In this document: positions 44,701-55,189 of the stretch, in pieces
Numbering within the stretch: position 1 is the first letter of the stretch
How the letters are laid out: the number at the start of each line of letters is the position of its first letter
Source: Clostridia bacterium
Lineage (GTDB): Bacteria; Bacillota; Clostridia; TANB77; CAG-508
Direction: 5' to 3'
Length of the DNA: 64,000 nt
Assembly: GCA_022790975.1 (NCBI GenBank)
Contig: JAAVYF010000051.1
Location: 8,334 to 72,333, forward strand
Position numbers and translations under genes: made by a program
Notes under the pieces: generated by a model
The model's input: only the letters and a program-made list of their open reading frames with translations
Databases searched by the model: none
Told to the model about the DNA's origin: nothing

Positions 44701-47700
44701 AAATAATTTCATATGATTCTGATTTTGAAATCATATTTATATCTTTTATTTTTATTTGTGAATTTTTTAATACACTTTTAATAATTTCGATATAATGTTT
44801 TGAAAAATCATTAATAAATTCTTTATTAAATAAGCTTGTACAATATTCGAAATTTAACTCCATTGAATCATTATTAGGTAATACTTCTAAACTTATATCA
44901 AATTTTGAGGTTTTTGTGTTTGGAATAAAGTATTTTGTATTTTTTATTGGTATAAGTTTTGAAATTCCAGTATTTTGATATGTAAATAAAACATCAATTA
45001 TTGAATTTCTACTTAAATCTTTTTTTATATTAAGGTTTTTAACTAATTCATTAAATGGATAGTTTTGATGATTAAACGCTTCTAAAGAAGTGTTTTTTAT
45101 TTTATTACAAAAATCTATAAAATGAATTTCATCTTCTATTTTAGAGTCTATTATAACTGTATTTACAAACATTCCAATAATGTTTGATACATTAGAGTAT
45201 TCTCTATTTGCGACAGGTGTTCCAATTAAAATATCTGTATTATCAGAGTATTTTTTTAGTAATATAAAATATATAGAAATCATAAACATAAATGGTGTAA
45301 GTTCATTTTTATTACAGAAATCTAATATATTTTTTGTTAAGGTTTGACTTATTATTTTTGTTATTTTTGAACCCATATATGTAAAATTTGAAGGCCTATT
45401 GTAAGTAGTTGGTAAATTTAATGGTTTTATTTGTCGGTTTTCAAATTTATTTATCCAAAATTCTTTGTTTTTATTATTAAGTAAAGTTGTTCTTTCAAAA
45501 TTAGCATAGTCTTTGTATGTTAATTCTAGTTCTTCTAATTTTTTATTATTATATAATTTAATAAAATCATCTACTAAAATTTGGAAAGAAGTACCATCAA
45601 CTATAATATGATGAGTGCTAATTAAAAGCAAATAATGATTTTCTTCAAGTTTTGCAATTCCTACTTTAAGTAATGGAGCTTTTGACAAATCAAATTCAGT
45701 ATTAAAGTTATTTAAAATTTGATTTTTAGTTTTTCCATGTCCATTAATTTCTTCTATATTTATTTTTACAGTTTCTTCAATTTTTTGAACTATTTCTCCA
45801 TCTTTAAATTCGAATCTTGTTCTAAATGCTTCATGTCTTTTAACTATTGTATTAAAGCACTTTTGAATTTTTAAAATATTTATTTCTTCAAAAAATTCAA
45901 TTGCTCCAGTTAGATTATAAACTGGTAAATTAGTAGCATTAGAAGAATAGAAAATTCCTTTTTGTTCAGAAGAAATTGTATAGCATTCTTGTTTTGGACA
46001 AGCTTTAATTATTTCTTCATAATTTTTTTCTACATTTTCAATTAGAGTAGATAATAAACTAATTGTATTATTTTCAAAAATATCTTTTATAGAAATTTTT
46101 TTGTTAAAATTTGTTTGAATTTCTGTAATTAATCCAATTGCTATTAAAGAATCTGCTCCTAAATTAAATATATTTTCATCTATATTATTAATTTTAATTT
46201 TTAATAATTTTTCTAAAATACTACAAAGAGTTATTTGTGTTTTAGTTGTAGGAGGATTAATTATTGTGTTAAATTCTATTTTTTCTGGCAAAGCTTTTTT
46301 ATCAATTTTTCCATTTGGTGTTTTTGGAAAACTATCAATTATAGAGTAACTAGTTGGCACCATGTAATTTGGTAAGTTATTTAATAAGTATTTTTTTAAT
46401 TCTTCTAAATTGATAGGTGATGAGCAAGTTAAAAATGCATGTAAGCAATCTCTATTATTTATTTTTCTAAGTACAATTACTGAGTTTATATTTAAATCTT
46501 TTTTAAATGTATTTATTTTATATTCAATTTCTTCAAGTTCTATACGAAGACCTCTAAGTTTAATTTGATGGTCCGTTCTGCCTTTACAATATAATTTTCC
46601 GCTCATTAGAAAATAATCCTAAATCACCAGTTTTATACATTATTCCTTCTTCAAATGGATTTAAAATAAATTCTTTTTTAGTTAAATCACTTCTATTTAG
46701 ATATCCAGTTCCAACTCCATCTCCTGATATATATATTTCACCAATAGTATTAGTAGGAAGAAGATTTAAATCATTATTTAAAATATAAATTTTAGTATTT
46801 CCAATTCCTTTTCCAATTGAAATTTCTTTTTCATTTGTAACATCAGTAAATGTAGAAAATATAGTTGTTTCTGATGGTCCATATCCATTATAAATAGTGG
46901 CATGAGGAGATATTTTTTTTATTTTTTGAACTAGTTCTTTTGGTAGTTGTTCTCCTGCTAAAATGAAATATTTTAAATTAGAAAAACTAGAAATATCTTT
47001 TAAATTTTCAAGATGAAATTTCATAACAGATGGTGTGGTTTGAATACAAGATATATTATTTTCTTTTATAATTTTCTCAATAGATAATGTATTTTTTTGT
47101 TCAAAATTATCTGTCATAAAAACATGCATGCCAGAAAGTAAACTTATAATAGTTTCAAAACCAAAAATATCAAATGAAATAGTAGTTATAGAAATCATAG
47201 AAAACTTTGAACCATTATTTAAGTATTTAGCTTTTTGTTTCATAGCATTATAAAAATTTAAATAATTTTTGTGTGTTAATTTTACTCCTTTAGGAACTCC
47301 GGTAGAGCCAGAAGTAAAAATTAAATAAGATAAGTTATCAAGAGAAATGTTGCAACTTGAATTTTCTTTATTATTTAAATAAAATTTGTTTTTTAAATCT
47401 ATTTCAATAGTTTTTTCAAAATTTATATTATTTTTTAAGCTATTTTGAATTAATAAAATTTCTGGGTTTGAAGTTTTTAATATATAGTCTATACGTTCTT
47501 TTGGGTAATCTGGGTCAATTGGAAGATAAGCACATCCAGATTTTAAAATGGCTAAAATGCCAATAATTACTTCTAAAGAACGGTTAGATATTATTGGTAT
47601 TATTGAGTTTTTATGAGTAATATTTTTTTGAATTTCATATTTAAGTGAATTTACTTTTTCATTTAATTCAGAATATGTAAGTGTTGTATTATGAAATGTA

Positions 47701-49116
47701 AGAGCAGGATTATTTGGAGTTTTTGACACTTGTTTTTCAAATATTTCTATTATAGAAGTATTTTTATCGTATTCTAAAATTGTATTATTGAAGTCGTTTA
47801 AAATAGTTTTTTCTTCATCTTCAGTTACTATTTTTATATTTTTTATTGTTTTATCTTCATTTAATACTTGATTTGCAATATAAAGAAGTCTTGTTTTAAT
47901 ATTTTCTATATCAGTGGATGTATATTTTTCTGTTTTGTAATCAAAAGCTAAGTTAAGTTCACCTGTATCATCTAAATCATAGAGTTGAATTTCAATATCT
48001 TCATTACAATTTCCATTAAAAGCCCAGCGAGTTTCATAATTATAGTTTGATACATTATTTGCTTTAGTTACTTGATATGATAAAACAATATTATATAAAA
48101 TTGGAGTAGAAGGTAAAACTAAGCGAATATCTTCAAGAATATTGTTATATGAATATTTTTGATGTTTTAACATATCTCTAGAAGAATGAGAAATATCACT
48201 TGAAAGTTCAGAGAATGTTTTTTTAGAATCGATACATATTCTAAATGGTGAAACATTAACAAACATTCCATTTGTATTTTTTTCTTTAAAGTTAGTTCTA
48301 TTTAAAATAGGTGTTCCGAATTACAAAATCATTAGTATTATTGATTTTGTATATATATATAGAAAGTATTGTCATAAAGAAATTAAAAATAGAAATTTTA
48401 TTTGAATTGCAATATGATTTAATATTTTCTATAAGTTCTTTAGAAAGTATAAATTCCATACGAGTAGCTTTAGAAGAAAAATCACTTGTTTTAGATAAAC
48501 TTCCAGGAATGCTAACTGTATTTGGAATAGTAGAAAAAATATCTTTCCAATATAATTTATCATTTATGAATTTTTGTGAATTAAAGTATTCTTGTTCTGA
48601 TTGAATATAATCTATATATGAAGAAGAAATATTTTCTTCTGGAATTTCATTATTTAATATTGAATATGCAATCATAATTTTTCTACAAGTAAGTCCAAGA
48701 GTCCAGCCATCTGAAATTATATGATGAATATTAAGTAAAAATCCACCATTTCCTTCAGGGAATCTAAACATTTTAAATTCAAAAAGCTTTTCTTCTAAAT
48801 TGAAAACATTACTTAAAGTAGAATTTTCTAAGATAGAAACATCATTTTTGCTTTTTAAATCAACCAATTCAATTGGAGTAAATTGGTATGGCTTTACAGA
48901 TTGCATTAAATTTGAATCTTTTTTAGAAAGATAGATTCTAAAGCTATCGTTTTCTTTTATAACATTATTTATAGCGTGTTCTAATAGATTAAAATTTAAG
49001 GTTTCTTTTATAATTGCAGTTCCGCAAATGTTATTAATATTAGTACCTTTATAATATTGCTCTGTAAGCAATATTGATTTTTGAGGGTTTGTTAAATTAT
49101 AAAATATTTTTTCCAT
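41701..49116 (-). CDS. bimodular nonribosomal peptide synthetase, C-A-T-C-A-T-R
   Basis: Core motifs: HHIISDGW and HHIIVDGTS (C), SGSTGVPKG/SGSTGNPKG, YGPSETT/YGPTETT, GRTDHQIKLRG/GRADFQVKLHG (A), GADSL twice (T), and terminal LTGATGYLGAHIL plus YTYSKFEAEK (thioester reductase). Four track ORFs join by skipping the C at in-frame CGGs 48318 (VI-G-TPILNR), 46601 (SNE-G-KLYCKGRTD) and 44437 (LKAG-G-TYIPIDP, the A2 core). Start ATG at 49116 with RBS AAAGGAA. Confidence 0.9.
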
Positions 49117-49283
49117 TTTTTTAATTCCTTTAGAAATCTTATATATTATAAAAGTCATTATATAAATGAAAAAATAAAAAAGCAATACATAAAGACAAAA
49201 AATTTTTTCAAAAGTTTGAATATAAAAAGAAAAATTTGGAAAAAAATATATTATAAATTTTTATTTAAAAGTAGGAGGGATTT

Positions 49284-50382
49284 ATGTATTATGAAAATAA
49301 AAAAAATGGGTTTTGGGGAGTATTGCTACCATTATTAATACTTGGCTTTTTGAGTATTATAGTAGTTATATTAGTAAATTTAATAAATAGGGTAGATGTA
49401 ATGGCAAATGTAAATAATTTAGATGTAAAAGAAACAGGAACAGATACGGTTTTAAATGATTTTGGAATAGAAAATTTAGTTGAAAATAGTAGTTATTCTA
49501 TTGTTCGGAGTATCTAAATTAAATGAAAATAGTACAGCAGTTTTTGTTGAAAATTCAGAAGAAAAACTAGGAATAGGAAGTGGTATAATACTTACTTCTA
49601 ATGGCTATATTTTAACAAATTATTCTGTTAGTGGTGAGCAGAAAAGTACATGTTATGTAACATTAAGAAATGGAAATGTTTATCCAGCTCAGGTTGCATG
49701 GGTAGATAAAGACTTAGATATTTCTATAATAAAAATATCAGCAGATAATTTACTTGCTTTATCAATGGGAGATTCAGATAAAATCTCATTAGGAGAAGAA
49801 ATTTATATGATAAGTAATCCAACAGGTTATGATTTTAAAGAAGAGTTAGGAATAGGAGTTGTAAGTAAATTAAAAACTACATCTAAAATTGTAAATGAAA
49901 ATGAAACTTCTTATGCTGAAGATTTAATTCAAATTAATATTGATATAAAATCAGAAAACACAGGAAGTCCAATTTTAAATAAAAAAGGAGAAGTTCTTGG
50001 AATTGCTTCTAGTAAATTAAATTATGTAATTCCTATAAATAGAATAAAAAATATATTAAATAGGTTTAAAGAAGATGGCGAATTTGAAGAAGCATATTTA
50101 GGAATTTATGGTTTTGATAATGATGTTTTGAAATATTTAAATTTAGATTATAATTCAAATATTGGAATTTATGTTGAGAAAGTAAGTGAAAATAGTCCAG
50201 CTGATAAAGAAATTTTATCTGGTGATATAGTTACAATGATTGATGATTATGAATTAAGTTCAATGCAAGAGCTTAGTGAGTATTTGTATACTAAAAATGT
50301 AGGAGATACAGTTAAGCTACAAGGAATTAGAGGTACTAAACAATTTGAAGTAGAATGCATCTTAAAAAGAAAGATAAAATAG
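49284..50382 (+). CDS. HtrA/DegP-like trypsin-fold protein with PDZ domain, degenerate catalytic triad
   Basis: N-terminal TM, trypsin-like fold and PDZ. Track ORFs 49284..49517 and 49480..50382 join by skipping the C of in-frame CGG 49506 (SSYSIV-G-VSKLNE). The expected TNxHV appears as TNYSV and GNSGGP as ENTGSP. Confidence 0.75.
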
Positions 50383-50434
50383 CAATACCCCACCGGCTTA
50401 TCAGCCAGTAGGGTAGGACGCCCTTATTTAACAT

Positions 50435-50851
50435 TTAATCTGAAAGAATTACGAGTATCCATAAAAATATAATAATTGCTAAAATCAATTCAAACTTTTG
50501 AGTAAAAACTATCACTAAGATTATTGCTATCTCAATGACTACGATGACAATTTTTATTCCTGTTTGAACTTTGTCTGGCAACAGATGGAATAAGTAGCGT
50601 GGTATTTCGGTGCATGATATGATAAAGCCTAAGAAGTATCCTACACCTATAGCAACATATATATCGCTCTTTTTGGAGTTTATAAAAAACCCAGCAAATA
50701 TAGAAGCTATTATCATCCCACTTACAAACCAACTGATTGCCCGGAACCATCCCCAAGATAATCTTGTTTTACTTACCCAATATGGGCCAAGAAGAAATAA
50801 TGGAATGAATCCAACAGAGAATGCTAACATTATAAGTTCCCGATTTGTCAT
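50435..50851 (-). CDS. hypothetical 4-TM membrane protein in a GC-richer islet; two ordinary in-frame CGG codons
   Basis: RBS AAAGGAG 7 nt upstream and an extended -10 (TGATATAAT) about 100 nt upstream. In-frame CGG at 50842..50840 and 50743..50741 without a frame break. A +1 shift at either would terminate quickly. Confidence 0.6.
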   Translation of the reverse strand: MTNRELIMLAFSVGFIPLFLLGPYWVSKTRLSWGWFRAISWFVSGMIIASIFAGFFINSKKSDIYVAIGVGYFLGFIISCTEIPRYLFHLLPDKVQTGIKIVIVVIEIAIILVIVFTQKFELILAIIIFLWILVILSD

Positions 50852-51122
50852 AAAAGACTCCTTTCTTCAAGGCAACACTATGCCCGATAAAAATATTTTT
50901 TGTTTCCACTGTAATACCTCTCTTTATGCTAAAAGGCATACCAATACAACTTTATTATATCATTATTAACATAAAATGTAAAGAAAGTGCTATATGTTTC
51001 AAAAGTTTAGTATGAATCATTTGGAATATTTTTTTAATAAATAATTTATATAATATGATAAAATGTTTTATTGAAAAACTACTATGTTTATGATAATATC
51101 ATTAAAGAAAAGAGGTGAGTTT

Positions 51123-52340
51123 ATGGCTCAAAGATATTATCCTCATGGAAAATTAAAGGCATTTTTAAAAGTTATTATAATTTTATTAGTAATTATAATA
51201 ATAAACTGCTTTAGAATTATTATTGTTAATTTTAAATCTAATATTAATATTAAATCCATAGATGGAAAGAGCATACAAATAGATAGTGTTACAAGAGAAG
51301 TAGAAATTCCAGATGATATAACTATAAATTTAGCAGTAATCGGAGATATTATGTGTCATAATACTCAATATATGGATGCATATAAAGATGGAATATATGA
51401 TTTTTCATATGTATTTGATGATATAAGAGAAGAATTAAAAAAGGCAGATATCTCAGTAGGAAACTTAGAAACTACATTTGCAGGGAAGGATAGAGGATAT
51501 AGTAGCTACCCAAGTTTTAATACTCCAGAGAGCTTAGCATGGGCTATAAAGGATGCTGGTATAGATTTGCTTTCAACAGCTAATAATCATAGTTTAGATA
51601 CAGGTTATACTGGTTTAGAAAGCACAATAAATTATTTAGATGAAGCTGAAATACTTCATACAGGTACTTATAAATCTCAAGAAACTCAAAATCAAACAAC
51701 AATTGTAGAGGTAAAAGGTGTAAAAATAGCATTTTTAAGTTTTACGTATGGAACAAATGGAATACCAATTCCTGAAGGAAGAGAATATTGTATAAATCTA
51801 ATAAATGATGATTTTATAATAAATAGATTAAATTTAGCAAAAGAGCAAAACCCTGATATAATTTGTGTATTTATGCATTGGGGGGAAGAATATGAAACTA
51901 CTCCAAATTCTGAGCAACAAAGATTAGTCAAGTTATTATTTGAAAATGGAACTAATATTATTTTAGGAAGTCATCCTCATGTACTTCAAAAGATGGAAAA
52001 AGTTGATTTTGAATATGATGGAAAACTTTCAGAAGGATTTGTTATTTATTCGCTAGGAAATTTTGTATCTGGGCAAAATAAAGATAATACAAGAAATTCT
52101 ATAATTTTAAAATTATCAATAACTAAAAAAGGAACAGGAGAAATTGTAGTAGATAGTGCTAATTATGTTCCAATATATACTTATAGAGGAAATACAGATA
52201 TAAAAAAATATAAAGTTTTAAATATATTTAAGGCATTAGAAAATTATAATTCAGGAAATCAATATATTACAAGTTCAGATTACGATTTATTAACTAGTGA
52301 ATATAATAAAATAATATCGACAGTTGGACCAGCATATTAA
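51123..52340 (+). CDS. CapA-family (PGA_cap) metallophosphatase-like protein
   Basis: N-terminal TM, then GDIMCH, GNLE, NNHSLD, FMHWGEEY and GSHPHVLQ motifs. ATG 51123 follows RBS AGAGGTGAG. Confidence 0.8.
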   Translation: MAQRYYPHGKLKAFLKVIIILLVIIIINCFRIIIVNFKSNINIKSIDGKSIQIDSVTREVEIPDDITINLAVIGDIMCHNTQYMDAYKDGIYDFSYVFDDIREELKKADISVGNLETTFAGKDRGYSSYPSFNTPESLAWAIKDAGIDLLSTANNHSLDTGYTGLESTINYLDEAEILHTGTYKSQETQNQTTIVEVKGVKIAFLSFTYGTNGIPIPEGREYCINLINDDFIINRLNLAKEQNPDIICVFMHWGEEYETTPNSEQQRLVKLLFENGTNIILGSHPHVLQKMEKVDFEYDGKLSEGFVIYSLGNFVSGQNKDNTRNSIILKLSITKKGTGEIVVDSANYVPIYTYRGNTDIKKYKVLNIFKALENYNSGNQYITSSDYDLLTSEYNKIISTVGPAY

Positions 52341-52482
52341 AAAACAGAAAATAAATATGTAAGATTTGAATCTTAATTGAAATTTCATTTGAATTAATAA
52401 ATAATATAGTAATAAAGTAATTAATAGAAAATAAAAAGGAATGTTTTTAAATATATAAAACATTCTTTTTCAGTTTTTTGAA

Positions 52483-52509
52483 AAACCCCAGAAAATTTTT
52501 CTGGGGTTT
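52483..52509. terminator. hairpin terminator between convergent genes
   Basis: AAACCCCAGAAAA / TTTTCTGGGGTTT palindrome. Confidence 0.6.
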
Positions 52510-52705
52510 ACTAATATTTTTATTAAATTTAAATTTTTTTTCATTTTTAATTTCAAATTAAAAAACTTAATTTAAATGACAAACTTTTTTATGTTATTTT
52601 TATTTTGTAATAATTATTGCTTACTTCATATTTTATTCTTTTTTAATTTAGTTTCTAAAAATTATTGTTTTTAATTTTTTTGCAATATAGTATTAAAATA
52701 AATTT

Positions 52706-53397
52706 TTATCCAAGTATTTTTAAGAATATATTATTATTATAAAAATGAGCACAAATTCTTGATGCTTTAATACAAGCTGTTAAACCAGTATTGGCAAGCA
52801 ATGGAGAGGCAAGAGAAATTACTGCTAAAATAAAGTAAATAAGAATAAATCCTCTAAGTAAACCATAAAGTGCACCACCTAATTTATCAAAAGATCTAAT
52901 AATTGGTAAGTGAGAAAGAAAATATAAAACTCCTCTTAATAATATTGTTGCTAATCTAACAACTATGCAAAGAATAATAACAACAAGAGCTGATACTACA
53001 ACATAAGATAATTTTTCTGCTACAAACTTAGAAACATTATCAACAGATTTTTCTTCTGCTTCAACAATGTATTGATTTATTTTATTTGCAATACTTTCTG
53101 AAATACTGGTTTTTGATGTATCAATAGAAGATTTATTTTCAAGTTGCTCATCCATAAATTCACTAATAGAACTTTCTATATGTTTAGCTAAGAAATCGTC
53201 AAATTCTGTATGATTGTAAACCCAATTTGTTACTGGTTTGCAAAGTATTAAAACTGCAATAATTGTAATTGCCATACAGGTTAGATTAAAAATCATTGTT
53301 GTAAGACCACGTTTATATGCTTGAAAAATGCTAATTATAAAGATACAAATCACTATTATATCAGCAATAATACTTCCTACACTAATAAAATTAATCA
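52706..53397 (-). CDS. cvpA: CvpA-family membrane protein
   Basis: Start ATG at 53397 after RBS AAGGAGG. Four TM helices and an overall CvpA-like pattern. Confidence 0.65.
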
Positions 53398-53468
53398 TAA
53401 AACCTCCTTGTATCATATATTTAGGTTTTTAAATAAGGTTTTACCTATAAACCATTTTATATTTCATG

Positions 53469-54608
53469 TTATAAATCAATGATTTCAATTTTATCTTTAT
53501 AAACTATTCCAACAATATGTTCTCCAACTATAACATCTTTAATTTGTTGACTAGAAGTATAGTTTTTCTTTAATGTTCCATTTTGATTAACAATATCAAC
53601 TGAAGTTCCATAATTTAAAGCAATAATTTTTCCTGATGCAGTAGTTTGCTTTGGATAGCTATTATTTAAAATGTATAAATTTTCATTGTTTGAAGATAGA
53701 TTTTTTAATTTTAATTGATACTCATATGAAAATAATCCAGATGATTGTTTTTCTACTAAGGCTAAAGTATTTTTCATATCAATATTAGCAAATAAAATAT
53801 TATCTGTAATATCACAAACTTTATCTCCAGAAGATGTTGTTATTTTATAAATAGAGCCAGAAAATGAACATATTGCAATGTTTTTATCTATATAGTTTAT
53901 ATTGGTAATAATTTCATTACTAGGTGCAGAAAAATTGTATACTAATTCAGCATTAGCTAATGACATTATTCTAATATTGGATTTTATAACTGTTCCAGAA
54001 TAATCAATTTCGCCAATTGCAATATACTCATTACTATTAGATATTGTAGAGCACATTGCATATGTTGAGTGGAAGAATGTTTTAAATAATTCATCTCCAT
54101 TATTGTTAAATACTATTACAATTGAGTTGTAAGTAGAATTTGAAGCTATAGCACTAATATATCCATTAGAATTTATATTTATTTTATTTATTTTTCCATC
54201 AACAGTTCCTTGCCAAAGAAGACTAGTTGAATTTATTACATAAAAATTACTTCCATTTTTTTCTGAAATTATAACATATTTTCCATTTGTATAAACTAAA
54301 GGAGATGATATGTTTATAGATAAATCATTTTCAAGATTTCCTTTATTGTTATAAATGTAAAAAATATTTTTAGATAAAACGCCAATGTAATTATCATATG
54401 CAAAGACTGTAGGATTATCATCTGAATTAATTTCTATATAGTCTAAAAAGTTTTCTTTTACTTGCTTGTTAAAAAATTTATTATCAATAAAATTTCTAAA
54501 TTTATTATTGGTTAAATATGCAGCAACTAAAATAATTAAAATAGTTAAAACAATTGAGATAATAATTCTAGTTTTTGTTTTTTTTTGATTTTTCTCTAAA
54601 TCTTCCAA
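53469..54608 (-). CDS. membrane-anchored hypothetical protein, repeat-rich beta-type ectodomain
   Basis: 379 aa with an N-terminal TM after a basic stretch. Co-transcribed orientation with cvpA. Confidence 0.55.
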   Translation of the reverse strand: MEDLEKNQKKTKTRIIISIVLTILIILVAAYLTNNKFRNFIDNKFFNKQVKENFLDYIEINSDDNPTVFAYDNYIGVLSKNIFYIYNNKGNLENDLSINISSPLVYTNGKYVIISEKNGSNFYVINSTSLLWQGTVDGKINKININSNGYISAIASNSTYNSIVIVFNNNGDELFKTFFHSTYAMCSTISNSNEYIAIGEIDYSGTVIKSNIRIMSLANAELVYNFSAPSNEIITNINYIDKNIAICSFSGSIYKITTSSGDKVCDITDNILFANIDMKNTLALVEKQSSGLFSYEYQLKLKNLSSNNENLYILNNSYPKQTTASGKIIALNYGTSVDIVNQNGTLKKNYTSSQQIKDVIVGEHIVGIVYKDKIEIIDL

Positions 54609-54909
54609 GTTTTTTCTCCCAAATAAAATTTCAATAATACTATATCAATTAAATTGTTTTTTTTCAATATTAAAAATATAAATTTCAGGTACAAGAAATG
54701 AAAATTTTAGATTTGAAAAAACTTTGAAGAAATATTTTAGCGATTTTTTCTCAAATATATAGAAATCCAAAAACTCTTGACAAAAGCATTTGTGAAGTTT
54801 ATAATAATTTACGTAAATATTAGAATGTATAACTTATTTGAACAAAAAGTGTGATTTAATTATAAAATTTATATAATTAAATTTATAAATAATAATGTTT
54901 TCTATATAT

Positions 54910-54949
54910 GCAGCAGTAGCTTAGCTGGATAGAGCACTCGGCTACGAAC
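54910..54949 (+). pseudogene. 5' half of a tRNA-Arg(ACG) gene, truncated in the anticodon loop
   Basis: GCAGCAG-TA-GCTT-AGCTGGATA-GAGC-A-CTCGG-CTACGAA-C gives the acceptor 5' strand, D arm, anticodon stem 5' strand and loop with ACG. No complementary CCGAG or CTGCTGC follows within the window. Confidence 0.7.
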
Positions 54950-55044
54950 TAAACACCCAACATTATTAACTAATTGATATTAAAGGGGTTTGGGAAAGGG
55001 TAAAAGATTTCCCCAAAGTTTTCCCCATTTAATATATATATCTA

Positions 55045-55073
55045 TTGAAAATATTGTGAAAATGCTTTATAAT
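55045..55073 (+). promoter_or_regulatory. sigma-A-like promoter of the intact tRNA-Arg
   Basis: TTGAAA, 17-nt spacer, TATAAT, ending 12 nt before the tRNA 5' end. Confidence 0.55.
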
Positions 55074-55085
55074 ATTTTCATATAT

Positions 55086-55163
55086 GTGGCTATAGTTTAA
55101 TTGGATAGAATGCAAGGCTACGAACCTTGAGATTTGGGGGTTCGAGTCCCTCTAGCCACACCA
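55086..55163 (+). tRNA. tRNA-Arg(ACG), CCA encoded
   Basis: Manual cloverleaf: acceptor GTGGCTA/TAGCCAC, D arm GTTT..GAAT, anticodon stem CAAGG/CCTTG with loop CTACGAA, T arm GGGGG-TTCGAGT-CCCTC, discriminator A, CCA. The variable region appears to be 6 nt (AGATTT), one longer than usual. Confidence 0.8.
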
Positions 55164-55189
55164 AAAAGTACCTTTATATGGTGCTTTTT

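Noticed and set aside
50852-50965. Possible riboswitch in the ~100-nt leader of the 4-TM gene (TATGCC...GGGCATA pairing, A-rich tract).
   Set aside because: It could not be matched by eye to preQ1, fluoride or guanidine motifs. Only a weak long-range pairing is present. An Rfam scan would be needed.
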